Below the pieces are notes generated by a model. That model did not search any database and had not been told where the DNA came from. It saw nothing but the letters and a program-made list of their open reading frames with translations. A DNA stretch of 64,000 nucleotides from Candidatus Saccharimonadales bacterium. Its GTDB lineage: Bacteria; Patescibacteriota; Saccharimonadia; Saccharimonadales; OMJO01. The position numbers and the translations under genes were made by a program. The stretch is from NCBI GenBank assembly GCA_035480035.1, contig DATIID010000001.1, forward strand, positions 9,323 to 73,322. The letters run 5' to 3'. Positions 1-9,800 of the stretch are shown here, piece after piece (position 1 is the stretch's first letter; each line of letters begins with the position of its first letter).

Positions 1-25
1 AGCAGTAAACTGATTGTGACTCTTG

Positions 26-562
26 CTATGCCATTTTTTGGAGGATGCGGCGGATGGTTTGGATAGTACGGCTGGTAATTTCTTTACCAAATTGTCGCTC
101 TAGCCAAACCATATAATCTGGAGTTTTGCCGGTACTAATGTCGACTACACCGCTGACGGAGTTGTCTAACTGTTCGAGTAACTCATAAGGTTTTTCCGGT
201 ACACGGTATGGGAGTATAAAGTTTAACTTAGGCTTGTTTTTAAAGAATGTAACCAATAGATAAGACTTATGGTTATGATCCAAGCCTTTAAACGAATCTG
301 CAGCCAGCAGTTTTTTCAGCTCTGCTTGGCTCCGAATAAAAGTAGTGCTATTGAACCCCAGCTTTTTGGGCCATGCCGTTTCTAGTTCTGTCTCCATGAC
401 TTTTATATCACTACGGTCAGTCTCAAAAAGCACGTTACCGCTAGAAATAAACGAGCGGACATTTTGGAAACCCTGATCTTCAAGTACGCCCACCAACTTT
501 GAGCCGTGCATGTTTGGGTTGCTAGGACCAATACCTCTCAAAAACGCAACGTATTTAGTCAT
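26..562 (-). CDS. DUF1697 family protein
   Basis: 178-aa ORF. The N-terminus MTKYVAFLRGIGPSNPNM...GFQNVRSFISSGNVLF matches the characteristic DUF1697 opening (xYIALLRGINVGG...V.TYI.SGNVVF) as I recall it. Confidence 0.7.
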   Translation of the reverse strand: MTKYVAFLRGIGPSNPNMHGSKLVGVLEDQGFQNVRSFISSGNVLFETDRSDIKVMETELETAWPKKLGFNSTTFIRSQAELKKLLAADSFKGLDHNHKSYLLVTFFKNKPKLNFILPYRVPEKPYELLEQLDNSVSGVVDISTGKTPDYMVWLERQFGKEITSRTIQTIRRILQKMA

Positions 563-626
563 GTTTTGATTATACGCCCGCCGAATGATATTGAAATTAG
601 AGGGCTATTATTTTATAATAATCCAA

Positions 627-1073
627 ATGTCAATTGTTTTAGGAAGCAGTGATTTTGATCTTCTATCTAATCATTCTAGCGGGACGTCTCTTAAATGGTT
701 ATTTAAAGACCCTGAAAAATATCGTTTGGCACTAAACGAGACCCCATATCCGGACCCCGAAGCTGTATTTCAGCACGAGACTGCGCACCTAGAAACCGCT
801 AAAGCAGTCGGTATACTAGCAGCCTCTTATTGCATTGAATTTTTTCCAAGCGGGTATATGCGTCGTGCGGCAATGAATCTAGGCTACTTTAGAGGAGTTC
901 CAAGAATTGCTCTGGCTGCTGTAGCTATTGCGCCAGCAAATCCATCGGACAGCGATTTAGAAGTTGTTGAAGGTCTAGGCTACAAAGGCATTGACGAAAT
1001 TGGCGAAAAAATTGAGCTGTGGAACGACAGACAAGTCCTCCAAATTCCAAAACCGCTATCATTAGAGTCGTAG
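627..1073 (+). CDS. hypothetical small protein with HExxH motif
   Basis: ORF-track ORF 585..1073. I prefer the internal ATG at 627 because a TTGAAA-N17-TATAAT promoter (591-619) lies downstream of the 585 ATG. Contains QHETAHLE (HExxH). No family recognised. Confidence 0.45.
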   Translation: MSIVLGSSDFDLLSNHSSGTSLKWLFKDPEKYRLALNETPYPDPEAVFQHETAHLETAKAVGILAASYCIEFFPSGYMRRAAMNLGYFRGVPRIALAAVAIAPANPSDSDLEVVEGLGYKGIDEIGEKIELWNDRQVLQIPKPLSLES

Positions 1074-1080
1074 CAGGTTG

Positions 1081-2997
1081 TTAGAGCTTTGGCTTGCTTG
1101 GGAAGAGGGAGCCCTTTAACAGACCGATAAGAGCCAATAGGGCAATTATCAAGCCCACCCAAAGGAACCATCTGTAACTGTGACCGTTGACTACTTTGGG
1201 ATCAGCGATAGTAGCTATGTCAGTACCGGCAGTTGTGGTTACAAGTTGATCTATAGGTGTTGTTTTGGCAGTGGGGACTGTCGTGGCGTCGCTACTTGAG
1301 TCTGTGGAGCTAGTTTGATTATAAGTTGGAGTAGCTATTGGTTCGGCGTTCTTTGGGGCTGTGCCGGTAGTCAAAATTTCTACTATGCCCCCGTCGGTAC
1401 CAAAATCATTTGTAAAGCTGAACTGCAGATCGTACCGAGTGCCAGGCGTTAGGCCACCAACCGTGACATCATTAGCAAAACGCACATCATCCAGGTCAAC
1501 GATGTGCCAACTATTCTTGCCATGGACACTCCAGCGGACTTCCCAAGTTGCAGTGCCCCAGCCCAGCGGAGCAACCACGCAACCCTCAGAGATAGTAGTG
1601 TTGGTAGAGTTCGGCGCCTCGCAAAGCAAATAAGGGTCAATCATTGGTGCGAAACTGGGGTAAGTATTGAAGTTGGTGCGCCAGTGAGTGACATCAAAGG
1701 TCCAACCATTAAAGACTGGTCCGCCACTGTTATCGATAAATTCTGCTGAATTGGCGATAGATGTACCAAAGGAGCTGCTGATAAGGCCGGTAATGTTTGG
1801 GTCAAAGTAGAGATGAGAGGCGTGGGCACCGATGTCTATTGGGTTGAAGCCGCTAAAGCCGGCTACTAGGGCATCACCGATAACGGCATTTGAAAGATCG
1901 ATAGCATTGACTGCAAAAAGATGATCGAGAGTACCATTACTAAAATTGCCAAAAAGCCCACCAACAATGTCATTACCAGTAATCGAACCAGCTGCGTAGC
2001 CAAAGCTAACGTGGTCAAAGCTTCCATTGCCAGCCAGACCACCAACGTAAGTGCCAGTTGAGACGATCGACCCGTAGTAGTAAACATTATCCATACTAAG
2101 ACTAAAACCGTTTGCGCTGCCGACTAAACCACCAACATTATCAACGCCATAAACATTAGCCGTACTATAGCTGAGCGATATGCTGCCGATATTTGACATC
2201 TGAGCCACGAGTCCACCAACGTTATTAGTGCCAGTTACGGTGCCATTAGAAAAGACTTTGTTTAGGATTAGACCTTGCGATGGTCCGGCAATACCACCAA
2301 CTAATATTCCAGTACCATAGACACTACCAGAATAATAACTATTCGTTAAAGTTAATGTGTGGCCGGGTCCTACGCAATCTACCTTGCCGAACAAACCACC
2401 CAACTTAATATCACCAAAAACATTAGCATCACTGTGGCTATCTGATACTGCTATGTGACCTTGTACAAAGCCAGCAAAACTACCACAGAAGGAGCTGCAA
2501 TTAAGTGATCCGTGCGTAGTAACGTTTATAATTTGGGCATTGCCACTAAGACCACCGCTCAATATACCCGAATTCTGATCAAGGGCTGTGACATTAGCCG
2601 TGAGTGTAAGGTTTTTCACAACTCCATTAGATGTTATGAATGCAAATAAGCCGACTAGATTAGGTGAAATTGGCCTATTAATAGTCAGGTTGGTAATGCT
2701 GTGATTCTGACCATCCAGCGAGCCAGTAAAACCAACAATCGGAAGCCAACCATCGCCACCATTAAAACTTGCCGAACCGGAGCAGTTGATATTATTAGCT
2801 AGTTCGTAGTAAGCCGTAACGTCGTCGCCGATCGACTGCAACTGCGCGCAGTTAGTAATTTGAAATGGATTGCCGCTTGAGCCGTCACCACTACCGCTAA
2901 AGGCCAGGGCTTTGCCGCTACCAAGAGCGATCAAGCTTATAGCCAATATGCCGCCAAAGAACGATAATTTTGTTTGCCAGTTTGCCAGTTTTTTCAT
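1081..2997 (-). CDS. GLUG-repeat cell-surface protein (signal peptide, FN3-like domain, C-terminal TM anchor)
   Basis: ORF 1081..3036. The likely start is MKKLANWQ at 2997, which gives a signal peptide ending ...GSGKALA. There are many tandem v-GGL-v/f-G segments (NVGGLVAQ, NVGGLVGS, YVGGLAGN, IVGGLFGN) typical of the GLUG motif. The FN3-like segment is WEVRWS...GLTPGTRYDLQFSFTND. A Thr/Ser-rich stalk leads to a terminal hydrophobic helix, WFLWVGLIIALLALIGLL. Confidence 0.75.
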   Translation of the reverse strand: MKKLANWQTKLSFFGGILAISLIALGSGKALAFSGSGDGSSGNPFQITNCAQLQSIGDDVTAYYELANNINCSGSASFNGGDGWLPIVGFTGSLDGQNHSITNLTINRPISPNLVGLFAFITSNGVVKNLTLTANVTALDQNSGILSGGLSGNAQIINVTTHGSLNCSSFCGSFAGFVQGHIAVSDSHSDANVFGDIKLGGLFGKVDCVGPGHTLTLTNSYYSGSVYGTGILVGGIAGPSQGLILNKVFSNGTVTGTNNVGGLVAQMSNIGSISLSYSTANVYGVDNVGGLVGSANGFSLSMDNVYYYGSIVSTGTYVGGLAGNGSFDHVSFGYAAGSITGNDIVGGLFGNFSNGTLDHLFAVNAIDLSNAVIGDALVAGFSGFNPIDIGAHASHLYFDPNITGLISSSFGTSIANSAEFIDNSGGPVFNGWTFDVTHWRTNFNTYPSFAPMIDPYLLCEAPNSTNTTISEGCVVAPLGWGTATWEVRWSVHGKNSWHIVDLDDVRFANDVTVGGLTPGTRYDLQFSFTNDFGTDGGIVEILTTGTAPKNAEPIATPTYNQTSSTDSSSDATTVPTAKTTPIDQLVTTTAGTDIATIADPKVVNGHSYRWFLWVGLIIALLALIGLLKGSLFPSKPKL

Positions 2998-3088
2998 TTT
3001 GGTATTACTACTTATGGTTAAGTATAATCCAGGCACATCCTAGAGGCAATCATTTACCAGTCGAAAAGGTGATTTGCTCGTGGTTTGG

Positions 3089-3337
3089 TTAATTAAAGTC
3101 GATAACTTCAATAACTTCATCGACTGGTACACCAGCCTCATCATGAGCCATGGTGATTAAATCGGCGCTATCGGCCTCCGTTAAACAAAAGGCCTTGCCC
3201 TGTTCTGGGCTCATGTGGCAGTGCTTAGCACTCATACCCAACTTGGCACAAGCTGACTTATAGGCTTCCCAACTACCTTGCATTTTATCCTCGGCCATAG
3301 CGACGCCCATATTGTGAATTCCTAAATAAATAGCCAT
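3089..3337 (-). CDS. hypothetical protein (82 aa, Cys-containing)
   Basis: ORF only; no recognised family. The start is uncertain because there are several in-frame Met codons. Confidence 0.35.
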   Translation of the reverse strand: MAIYLGIHNMGVAMAEDKMQGSWEAYKSACAKLGMSAKHCHMSPEQGKAFCLTEADSADLITMAHDEAGVPVDEVIEVIDFN

Positions 3338-3405
3338 AAAACCTCCTACTTTTTAATACAAAGTAATTATACCTTTCGCAGCCGAGAGTAAAAAACTATT
3401 TTTGC

Positions 3406-3972
3406 TTACAGCTCAACTTGTCCAACGCCGTCGATAGTCAATCCTAAAACATTTTGGCCTAAAGTAACTGATGTCGGCATAGGACTGGTAAGTTCACTAA
3501 TGACAGGACCCATACTGTCTCTATCTTGAACCGTGCCTAACTCGACGCAAAGGTGAAGAGGATGAAACTCGATATTCGTTCTCATAACTGAGTTGACTAA
3601 ATAAATCACCGCTCGTCTTTCTTCGGTCAGCCGATCATCTTCGACCAAGTTTACCAATATTCGGCTAGGTTTGTGGATGGTTACTTTGTCGGTTAGTATC
3701 GTCAATTCATCTGGAAATTGGTTGGTTCGGAGATCATACAACCCATCTTCAATTTTGGAACTATCTTCGATTGAGAGTTTCGGTATATGATCCTGCTCGA
3801 AACCAGTTAACAAATTTACTCTGAGTGACCCAGGATCTTTCATTTTAGTAACCCGTCTGAACTGTGATGAGGCTTTATCGAACATAGCTTCACCCCAATT
3901 TTCTTCAATAACCGGTCTAGCTATGTAGTCAACTGTGGCATGGGGTGGAGAATGATGCTTATTACGTGACAT
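3406..3972 (-). CDS. hypothetical protein
   Basis: 188-aa ORF with no competing ORF. No recognised motif. Confidence 0.5.
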   Translation of the reverse strand: MSRNKHHSPPHATVDYIARPVIEENWGEAMFDKASSQFRRVTKMKDPGSLRVNLLTGFEQDHIPKLSIEDSSKIEDGLYDLRTNQFPDELTILTDKVTIHKPSRILVNLVEDDRLTEERRAVIYLVNSVMRTNIEFHPLHLCVELGTVQDRDSMGPVISELTSPMPTSVTLGQNVLGLTIDGVGQVEL

Positions 3973-4084
3973 CTTGCCAACAGATTAAGCTGGGTATTAT
4001 TTTTTTGCAAGCATAACTATTTATTAATTTTGTGATGATTATTTGACGGTTTGCCTAAAATACTTTATTTGTTAGTATTACTTC

Positions 4085-4501
4085 GTGAACATGGCGGAAA
4101 ATCCCAAACTCCTCGACTTTAATATTGAGAGGATAACTGACGGTCATATTATTACTGTACCAATGGCTTCGCGGACCAGCCCAGGCGGTGACTTTAGCTA
4201 CGTGACCGAGTTAGAAATTATTGTTAAGGGTATCGAGCCAATTGTTAAAATCTTGGCAACTGAGGAAGGCGAGACAGAAGGTCCATCAATGCGCTTTTTG
4301 GGCAGTATCGCAACACAGGAACTTCTCGAAGAAAAACCAGAGCAAGTTGTGACTGGACATATCATTGGCACCTATCGGTTGGTGGTCGAGAATCGTGATG
4401 AACCAAAGGGAAGGACCACTCTATCTGGTACGGTTGGTAATGAAGCCGAGCCAAGAATTACTCGTCGAAGCCGGCGTCGGCCCGACCCTGAAGACTATTA
4501 A
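4085..4501 (+). CDS. hypothetical protein with Arg-rich C-terminus
   Basis: 138-aa ORF starting at GTG 4085 or ATG 4091. The C-terminal tail is RITRRSRRRPDPEDY. No family recognised. Confidence 0.45.
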   Translation: MNMAENPKLLDFNIERITDGHIITVPMASRTSPGGDFSYVTELEIIVKGIEPIVKILATEEGETEGPSMRFLGSIATQELLEEKPEQVVTGHIIGTYRLVVENRDEPKGRTTLSGTVGNEAEPRITRRSRRRPDPEDY

Positions 4502-4508
4502 TTGAGTT

Positions 4509-4988
4509 CTACTGATGGCGGGCTTGCCACTCAGCTGTGGCTTTCGGCAAGTCGCAACCAGCAGCAAACAGGAAAATAACCGTCGTGCCTTTACCTAAGA
4601 AAGCGAAACGCTTACTGACTTGCTCGCGCATCATATCCTCACCACCGGCCTTATCAAGTGAGTCTAAATACTTGGCAAACGAACCATGCTCACTGGCTAG
4701 ATCTTGCATGGTTTTGGCGTTTGCCACAATTGCTCTAATTTTAGCTAGGTTACGAATAACATCCGGATTCATCATTAGCTCTTCAATTTCCGGTTCCTGA
4801 AATTTAGCGATTTTGTTCACGTCAAAGCCAGAGAAGGCTTTTTTAATACCCGGCCACTTATTTTCAATCACTCGCCAGTTTAACCCGGAGGCTAAAATCA
4901 CCCGTGACATCCGCTCCAAATACTCATTATCATTTTGGGGCTTTACAATTTTATGGTGTTTCATTGCCCACGCATCTGGCTTTGGCAT
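4509..4988 (-). CDS. DNA-3-methyladenine glycosylase I (Tag)-like protein
   Basis: The core ASGLNWRVIENKWPGIKKAFSGFDVNKIAKFQEPEIEELMMNPDVIRNLAKIRAIVANAK parallels the E. coli Tag core (QAGLSWITVLKKRENYRACFHQFDPVKVA...IIRHRGKIQAIIGNAR) as I recall it. The N-terminal Zn-binding CxxW...YHDxEWG segment is absent. Confidence 0.6.
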   Translation of the reverse strand: MPKPDAWAMKHHKIVKPQNDNEYLERMSRVILASGLNWRVIENKWPGIKKAFSGFDVNKIAKFQEPEIEELMMNPDVIRNLAKIRAIVANAKTMQDLASEHGSFAKYLDSLDKAGGEDMMREQVSKRFAFLGKGTTVIFLFAAGCDLPKATAEWQARHQ

Positions 4989-5000
4989 ATCGACTCCTAG

Positions 5001-5396
5001 TTATTGTTTGGCCTCAAGGATACTGACGCGGTTTCCTTCAGAATCCTCGAATGAAGCCCATAAACCAATACCCGGAATCTCGGTTGGTTCACGCAACATT
5101 TTGCCACCGGATGACTCAATATCTTTCACCGTAGCCTTGAGATCGGGCACCGATATAACTACCGACGGTACTGGCGAGGCATCTTTTAAGCTTTGGTTAT
5201 AAAAACCACCGTTAATAGTGCCTGGGGTTTTGACCATGCGGTTTTCATCGGTTTCAGCAGTTACCGCTACCACATACTGGCCCATTTCTTCACCCATTTG
5301 TTGCATACCCCAGCCAAAAGCCTTCTGATAAAACTCGGCTACTCGTTTAGCGTCTTTGTATGGCATTTCAAAATGTACAACTGGATTTTTACTCAT
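5001..5396 (-). CDS. VOC (glyoxalase/bleomycin-resistance fold) family protein
   Basis: 131 aa. The NPVVHFEMPYKDAKRVAEFYQKAFGW opening and the C-terminal GIGLWASFEDSEGNRVSILE are typical of small VOC proteins. Confidence 0.75.
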   Translation of the reverse strand: MSKNPVVHFEMPYKDAKRVAEFYQKAFGWGMQQMGEEMGQYVVAVTAETDENRMVKTPGTINGGFYNQSLKDASPVPSVVISVPDLKATVKDIESSGGKMLREPTEIPGIGLWASFEDSEGNRVSILEAKQ

Positions 5397-5436
5397 AAAT
5401 ATCTCCTTATTAACACTCTTATTATAACTCGGGACT

Positions 5437-5847
5437 TTAGGATTTGTAAGTTAGGAGCAGGGCACCAATAAAGGTAAAGGCAACACCCAGGCTTTTTATG
5501 ACATCAAAGTGTTCCTTTAGAACCAGCCATGACAACACAACCACTACAGCTACATAAGTCGCTGCCAGAACTGAGGCGACACTGGCTGAAAGCCGATTTA
5601 GAGCTAGGACGTACAAAATTGATCCGGCGGCCATCATAATGCCGATAGTCAGACCAACAGGGATTTCCTTAGCCGGCAATTTAAAGGATTTTTGGGCAAT
5701 CAACAAAGCTGGAATGCCAGTTATTAGCATGCCAATGCCCATTAAAAAATTTAACTGGTAAGGTGTTAAAACCTTCAAATTAACCTTCATTAAAAACGTC
5801 GCCAAACCGACTAACAACACATAGCCCAGTACAAACAAATAACCCAT
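5437..5847 (-). CDS. small DMT/EamA-like membrane protein (4-5 TM)
   Basis: 136 aa and entirely hydrophobic helices. Resembles a single EamA domain (…LYVLALNRLSASVASVL…). Confidence 0.55.
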   Translation of the reverse strand: MGYLFVLGYVLLVGLATFLMKVNLKVLTPYQLNFLMGIGMLITGIPALLIAQKSFKLPAKEIPVGLTIGIMMAAGSILYVLALNRLSASVASVLAATYVAVVVVLSWLVLKEHFDVIKSLGVAFTFIGALLLTYKS

Positions 5848-5919
5848 AGCTAAATCATAGCAGATTGCCGAAAGTTCTAAGTAGTTGATTGTGGCTGTAT
5901 AATCAAGGCAGGAGGACTT

Positions 5920-6126
5920 ATGTTAAAAGGTAAAAATAAATCGGACAAGATGATGATGGGTAAAGGTCCAACGGGCTTTGTCTTTTTTTGGGCATGGGTT
6001 GGCGCGCTAGTCTATTTTGTCCAAGTCGCCCAAGATGACTTTTGGAACGTTATATTGGCGCTATTAAAGTCAATCGTTTGGCCAGCTTACGTAGTTCACG
6101 CAGTACTCAAATTACTACACATTTAG
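5920..6126 (+). CDS. small membrane protein
   Basis: 68 aa with two hydrophobic helices. A good SD (GGAGGA) lies 5 nt upstream of the ATG. Confidence 0.45.
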   Translation: MLKGKNKSDKMMMGKGPTGFVFFWAWVGALVYFVQVAQDDFWNVILALLKSIVWPAYVVHAVLKLLHI

Positions 6127-6156
6127 TCACAAATAAAGCTAGTACAATACGGCTAG

Positions 6157-6387
6157 TTACTTCTTAGAATTGGGCTTTTCCGGGACCCAATTATTTTGTT
6201 TGAAAACTAACCAAATGGCCATCGAGTGGCCATGGCCAACATCGAAATTATCCTTCATGAACTTGATGAATTCGCTGGCCTTCATGTCGTAAAGCGTAAT
6301 GCCAGCTTCTTCGACGGCCTTTTTGAAATCCTCAGGTGTTTTACCGGTTTTGGCTTTGATATTGTCTAGATAAGCTTGAAATGACAT
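6157..6387 (-). CDS. DUF4287 domain protein
   Basis: MSFQAYLDNIKAKTGKTPEDF...FDVGHGHSMAIW matches the DUF4287 pattern as I recall it. Confidence 0.65.
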   Translation of the reverse strand: MSFQAYLDNIKAKTGKTPEDFKKAVEEAGITLYDMKASEFIKFMKDNFDVGHGHSMAIWLVFKQNNWVPEKPNSKK

Positions 6388-6390
6388 AGT

Positions 6391-6762
6391 CTAACCTCTC
6401 ATTTTATTTAAATTACGCTTAACGGCGGCTTGGATAATTTTGCGAATTAAATCCAAGGGCAGGGGTTGATTAATTGGAAATCGAACCGTACCTTTGGCAG
6501 TTTCATAAGGCCTAAGCTCTTTTTGGAATTCAGCTATCGGAGCCGCACCCGGATAAAAACCAATGTGGCGATTATAAGCTGAAAAATGCACCAGATTACC
6601 ATGAAACGTAAATGTCGGAATACCATAAGCGATTTTTTCCTTAACTTCCGGCACCTCATCATGAATGACTTGACGTAACTCTTGAAGGATAGTCTGAACG
6701 TCCCTGGGGTAGGTGTTAATAAATGTATCAATGTCTTTGGCTGGGGCATCCATTTTTCGCAT
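6391..6762 (-). CDS. DUF1801 (YdhG-like) domain protein
   Basis: DIDTFINTYPRDVQTILQELRQVIHDEVPEVKEKIAYGIPTFTFHGNLVHFSAYNRHIGFYP is the typical DUF1801 layout. Confidence 0.7.
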   Translation of the reverse strand: MRKMDAPAKDIDTFINTYPRDVQTILQELRQVIHDEVPEVKEKIAYGIPTFTFHGNLVHFSAYNRHIGFYPGAAPIAEFQKELRPYETAKGTVRFPINQPLPLDLIRKIIQAAVKRNLNKMRG

Positions 6763-6867
6763 AGTTAAAATTATACCTCGAAGTTATACACAGTTTACAT
6801 TCTTAAGCGTTGACAAAGAGAGGCATTATAGCCATGCTATATATTAAGTATAAGAGGGATAAAATCA

Positions 6868-9800
6868 GTGAAAACATCAAAAAGAGACGTGCTGAATTAT
6901 TTAACTAGGCATAATGTCATCGCCATTTTGGCGGTGCTTTTATTTTCGGCCATCGGTACCAGCTTATTACTCCAATCTCACGCCTCACCGGCACCATCAC
7001 CCAATGGCTATTATCAAAATATTCCAGCTGGCACGGCTTTAGCAGCTTTAAAGAGTGGATCGACCTGTGCTCAAGAAGTAATAGGGCGCAATAGTCCCTG
7101 GGAACCTAAACCGGAAAACAAAACAGCCAACCAAACTGTGCCAACCGCAGCCCAACTAGCATCTTTCCACACGGCTGAAAACAATGCTTACTTTACTCGG
7201 GTTGATGGTCTATTTAGCGGTACGACCGACCAGATTATCCAATGGGCCTCTTGTAAATGGGGCTTTGAAGACAACATCTTCCGCGCTGAAGGGGTTATCG
7301 AATCTAATTGGCTCCAATCAGCTCATGGCGATGTAACAACCATTGCTTCACATTGTCCAGCCGATGCTGATAAAACAACGACCGGTTGTTACCAAAGCTA
7401 CGGATTCTTACAAAACAAATGGATTTACAACCAAGCCGCTTATCCGATGTACCGTTATATGACGGCGTTTGAAATCGACTATGCTTTGGCTCAAGACCGT
7501 CAATGTTATGACCAACACGGTGGTGACTACAAGGGTTGTTTGGCTGAGTGGTTCACTGGTAACTTTGCGGCCAACGGTACTGGCAGCAGCTACGTCGGTG
7601 ACTGGCAAACTGCTTATACTGCCAAGCCATGGCTGACCTGGGCTGATCTAAGCACCCCAACCAATACCACGCCTTCAGATACTCAGTCACCAACCGTCAG
7701 CTTGCCTGAGCCAGATCCTAGCATCGGCAATACTGTATCCGGCCAAACGACAATAACCGCAACGGCCGGCGACAATGTTGGGGTAACCAAAGTTGAGCTA
7801 TACGCTAATGACCAACTGGTCGACACTGTTACCGCTAGCCCATATGTATTTAACTGGGATACAACGCAATATCCGAACAATGATTACTCATTAGTGGCTA
7901 AGGCCTACGATGCCGCCGGCAATCCACCCGGCGTATCCAACGAAGTAGTTTACACAGTAGCAAATAACGATACGACTCAGCCGACGGCTCCAAAAGGCGT
8001 AACAGCCGTAGCTCAACCAGATGGTAGCATTCAAGTTGACTGGCAAGCCGCTGTCGACAATAGTGATGTAGTTAGCTATAACATTTGGCGTAATTCGGCA
8101 GACGACCCAGATGACGAAATTGCCTCAGTTGATGCAGTTGACGCTGCTAGTGGTTACAATGATACATTTGTTACTCCGGGTGTAACTTACGAATATCAAA
8201 TTGAAGCTGTCGACAGCGTTGGCAATGTATCAACTAAATCGGCCGTCGTAACCGTTACTGCTCCAAGCGACACGTCAACTGATGTAACTCCACCAGACGT
8301 TAGCTTAACCCAGCCCAGTGACGGCGATACGGTTAGTGGCATAGTTAATATCAGTGCGACTGCCTCAGATGATGTTGCCGTTACCAAAGTCGAATTTTAT
8401 GTTGATGGCGTGTTAATAGATACTTCCAACGGTTTACCTGGTACTTCATACAGTGCCAGTTTTGACAGCAAACAATACACTAACGAAGCGCATGACATTA
8501 CGGCAATCGCCTATGACGCAGCTGACAATGTTAGCCAATCAGACATCTTTGTGAATGTCGATAACAGTGTTAATAACGTTCAACTAACACCGCCATCATC
8601 GGTCGAGGCTCAAGCTAATGCCTCGGACACGGCTATATTGGTGACCTGGAATCCCTCAACCGTACCCGGTACAGGTTACTACATTGAAAGAATTGCAGAC
8701 GGTTCAATACCAGAGACGATTGACCAAGTACCAGCTAGTTCACATAGCTTTAACGATACAACGGTGGTGGCTGACGGTACCACGTACAGTTATCAAATTG
8801 TCGCCTTCGATGATACTGGTAACACGTCTGAGCCTTCGGCGGAATCTAACGGTGTAACCCTACAGCCACCCGTAGTAAGTACTGGCGGGGTACTAATTAA
8901 TGCTGGCGGCGGTACTTACAATGAGGTTGGCACAGGCGGCACTGGTAGTTCTGGAACTCGACTTTGGTCGGGCGACAAATACTTTACCGGCGGGACAGTC
9001 GACGATCTAGGTGCGGGTGTAGATATTTCTGGTACTGATATTGGCCCCATCTACCAAGACGAACGAACTGGCCCAATGTCCTACAGTGTGCCAGTTGCCG
9101 ACGGCAAATACGCGGTCCGACTGCATTTTGCCGAAATTTCACCAGATTGTCAGCAATCCGGTTGCCGCGTCTTCAGCGTCAGCGTTAATGGCGACACTTT
9201 CTTAAATGACTTTGATATCTATGACTTAGTTGGTGGTTATGCCGCAGATGTTGAACAAACTATCGTTGACGTCACGAACGGCAAGGTTGACATTGATTTC
9301 ACACCGATTACTGGTGATCCACAGATTGCCGGCATTGAGATAGTGCCAGCCGATTCCAGTGCACCAACTATGCCAACCAATCTAGCGGCCAAAGCCGTAA
9401 GCGCCTCACAAATTAATCTGTCTTGGGACGTCGATCCGATTAATGCTGGAGTCGTAGCTTACCGCATTTTCCGTAACGGTAGTACTGACTATGAAGAGGT
9501 TCCATCGGTTCCAGATGCTAACGGTCAGATGACCTGGGGCGACACCGGGTTAACGCCTAACACCACCTATACTTATGTTGTCCAAGCCGTCGATGGCTCG
9601 GGTAACGTTAGTCCAGTATCTGATTCGGCTTCAGCCACCACACTGAAGACATCGACCAGAGTCGGTAATATTACCGGTACAGTAACAGTCACCAATCCAA
9701 TTAACCCGTATAAGTGTCCAACCGATCCTCAATTAACGGTTTCGGCTACTGTCCCAGCTAAAGGCTCGACCCGTTACATCTGTACTCAAAAAGCTCAATT

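Noticed and set aside
585-626. The upstream ATG at 585 as the start of the HExxH ORF, and TTG 50268 as the start of the 50268..50990 ORF.
   Set aside because: A well-spaced -35/-10 pair lies downstream of or across these codons. The internal ATGs sit at leaderless distance from the -10 box.
1361-2087. Small ORFs overlapping the GLUG-repeat gene, plus similar shadow ORFs inside infB, ftsA, ftsZ, nrdJ, ileS, prfA, tsf, frr and others.
   Set aside because: These are shadow ORFs inside strongly supported genes. No independent motif or RBS is present.
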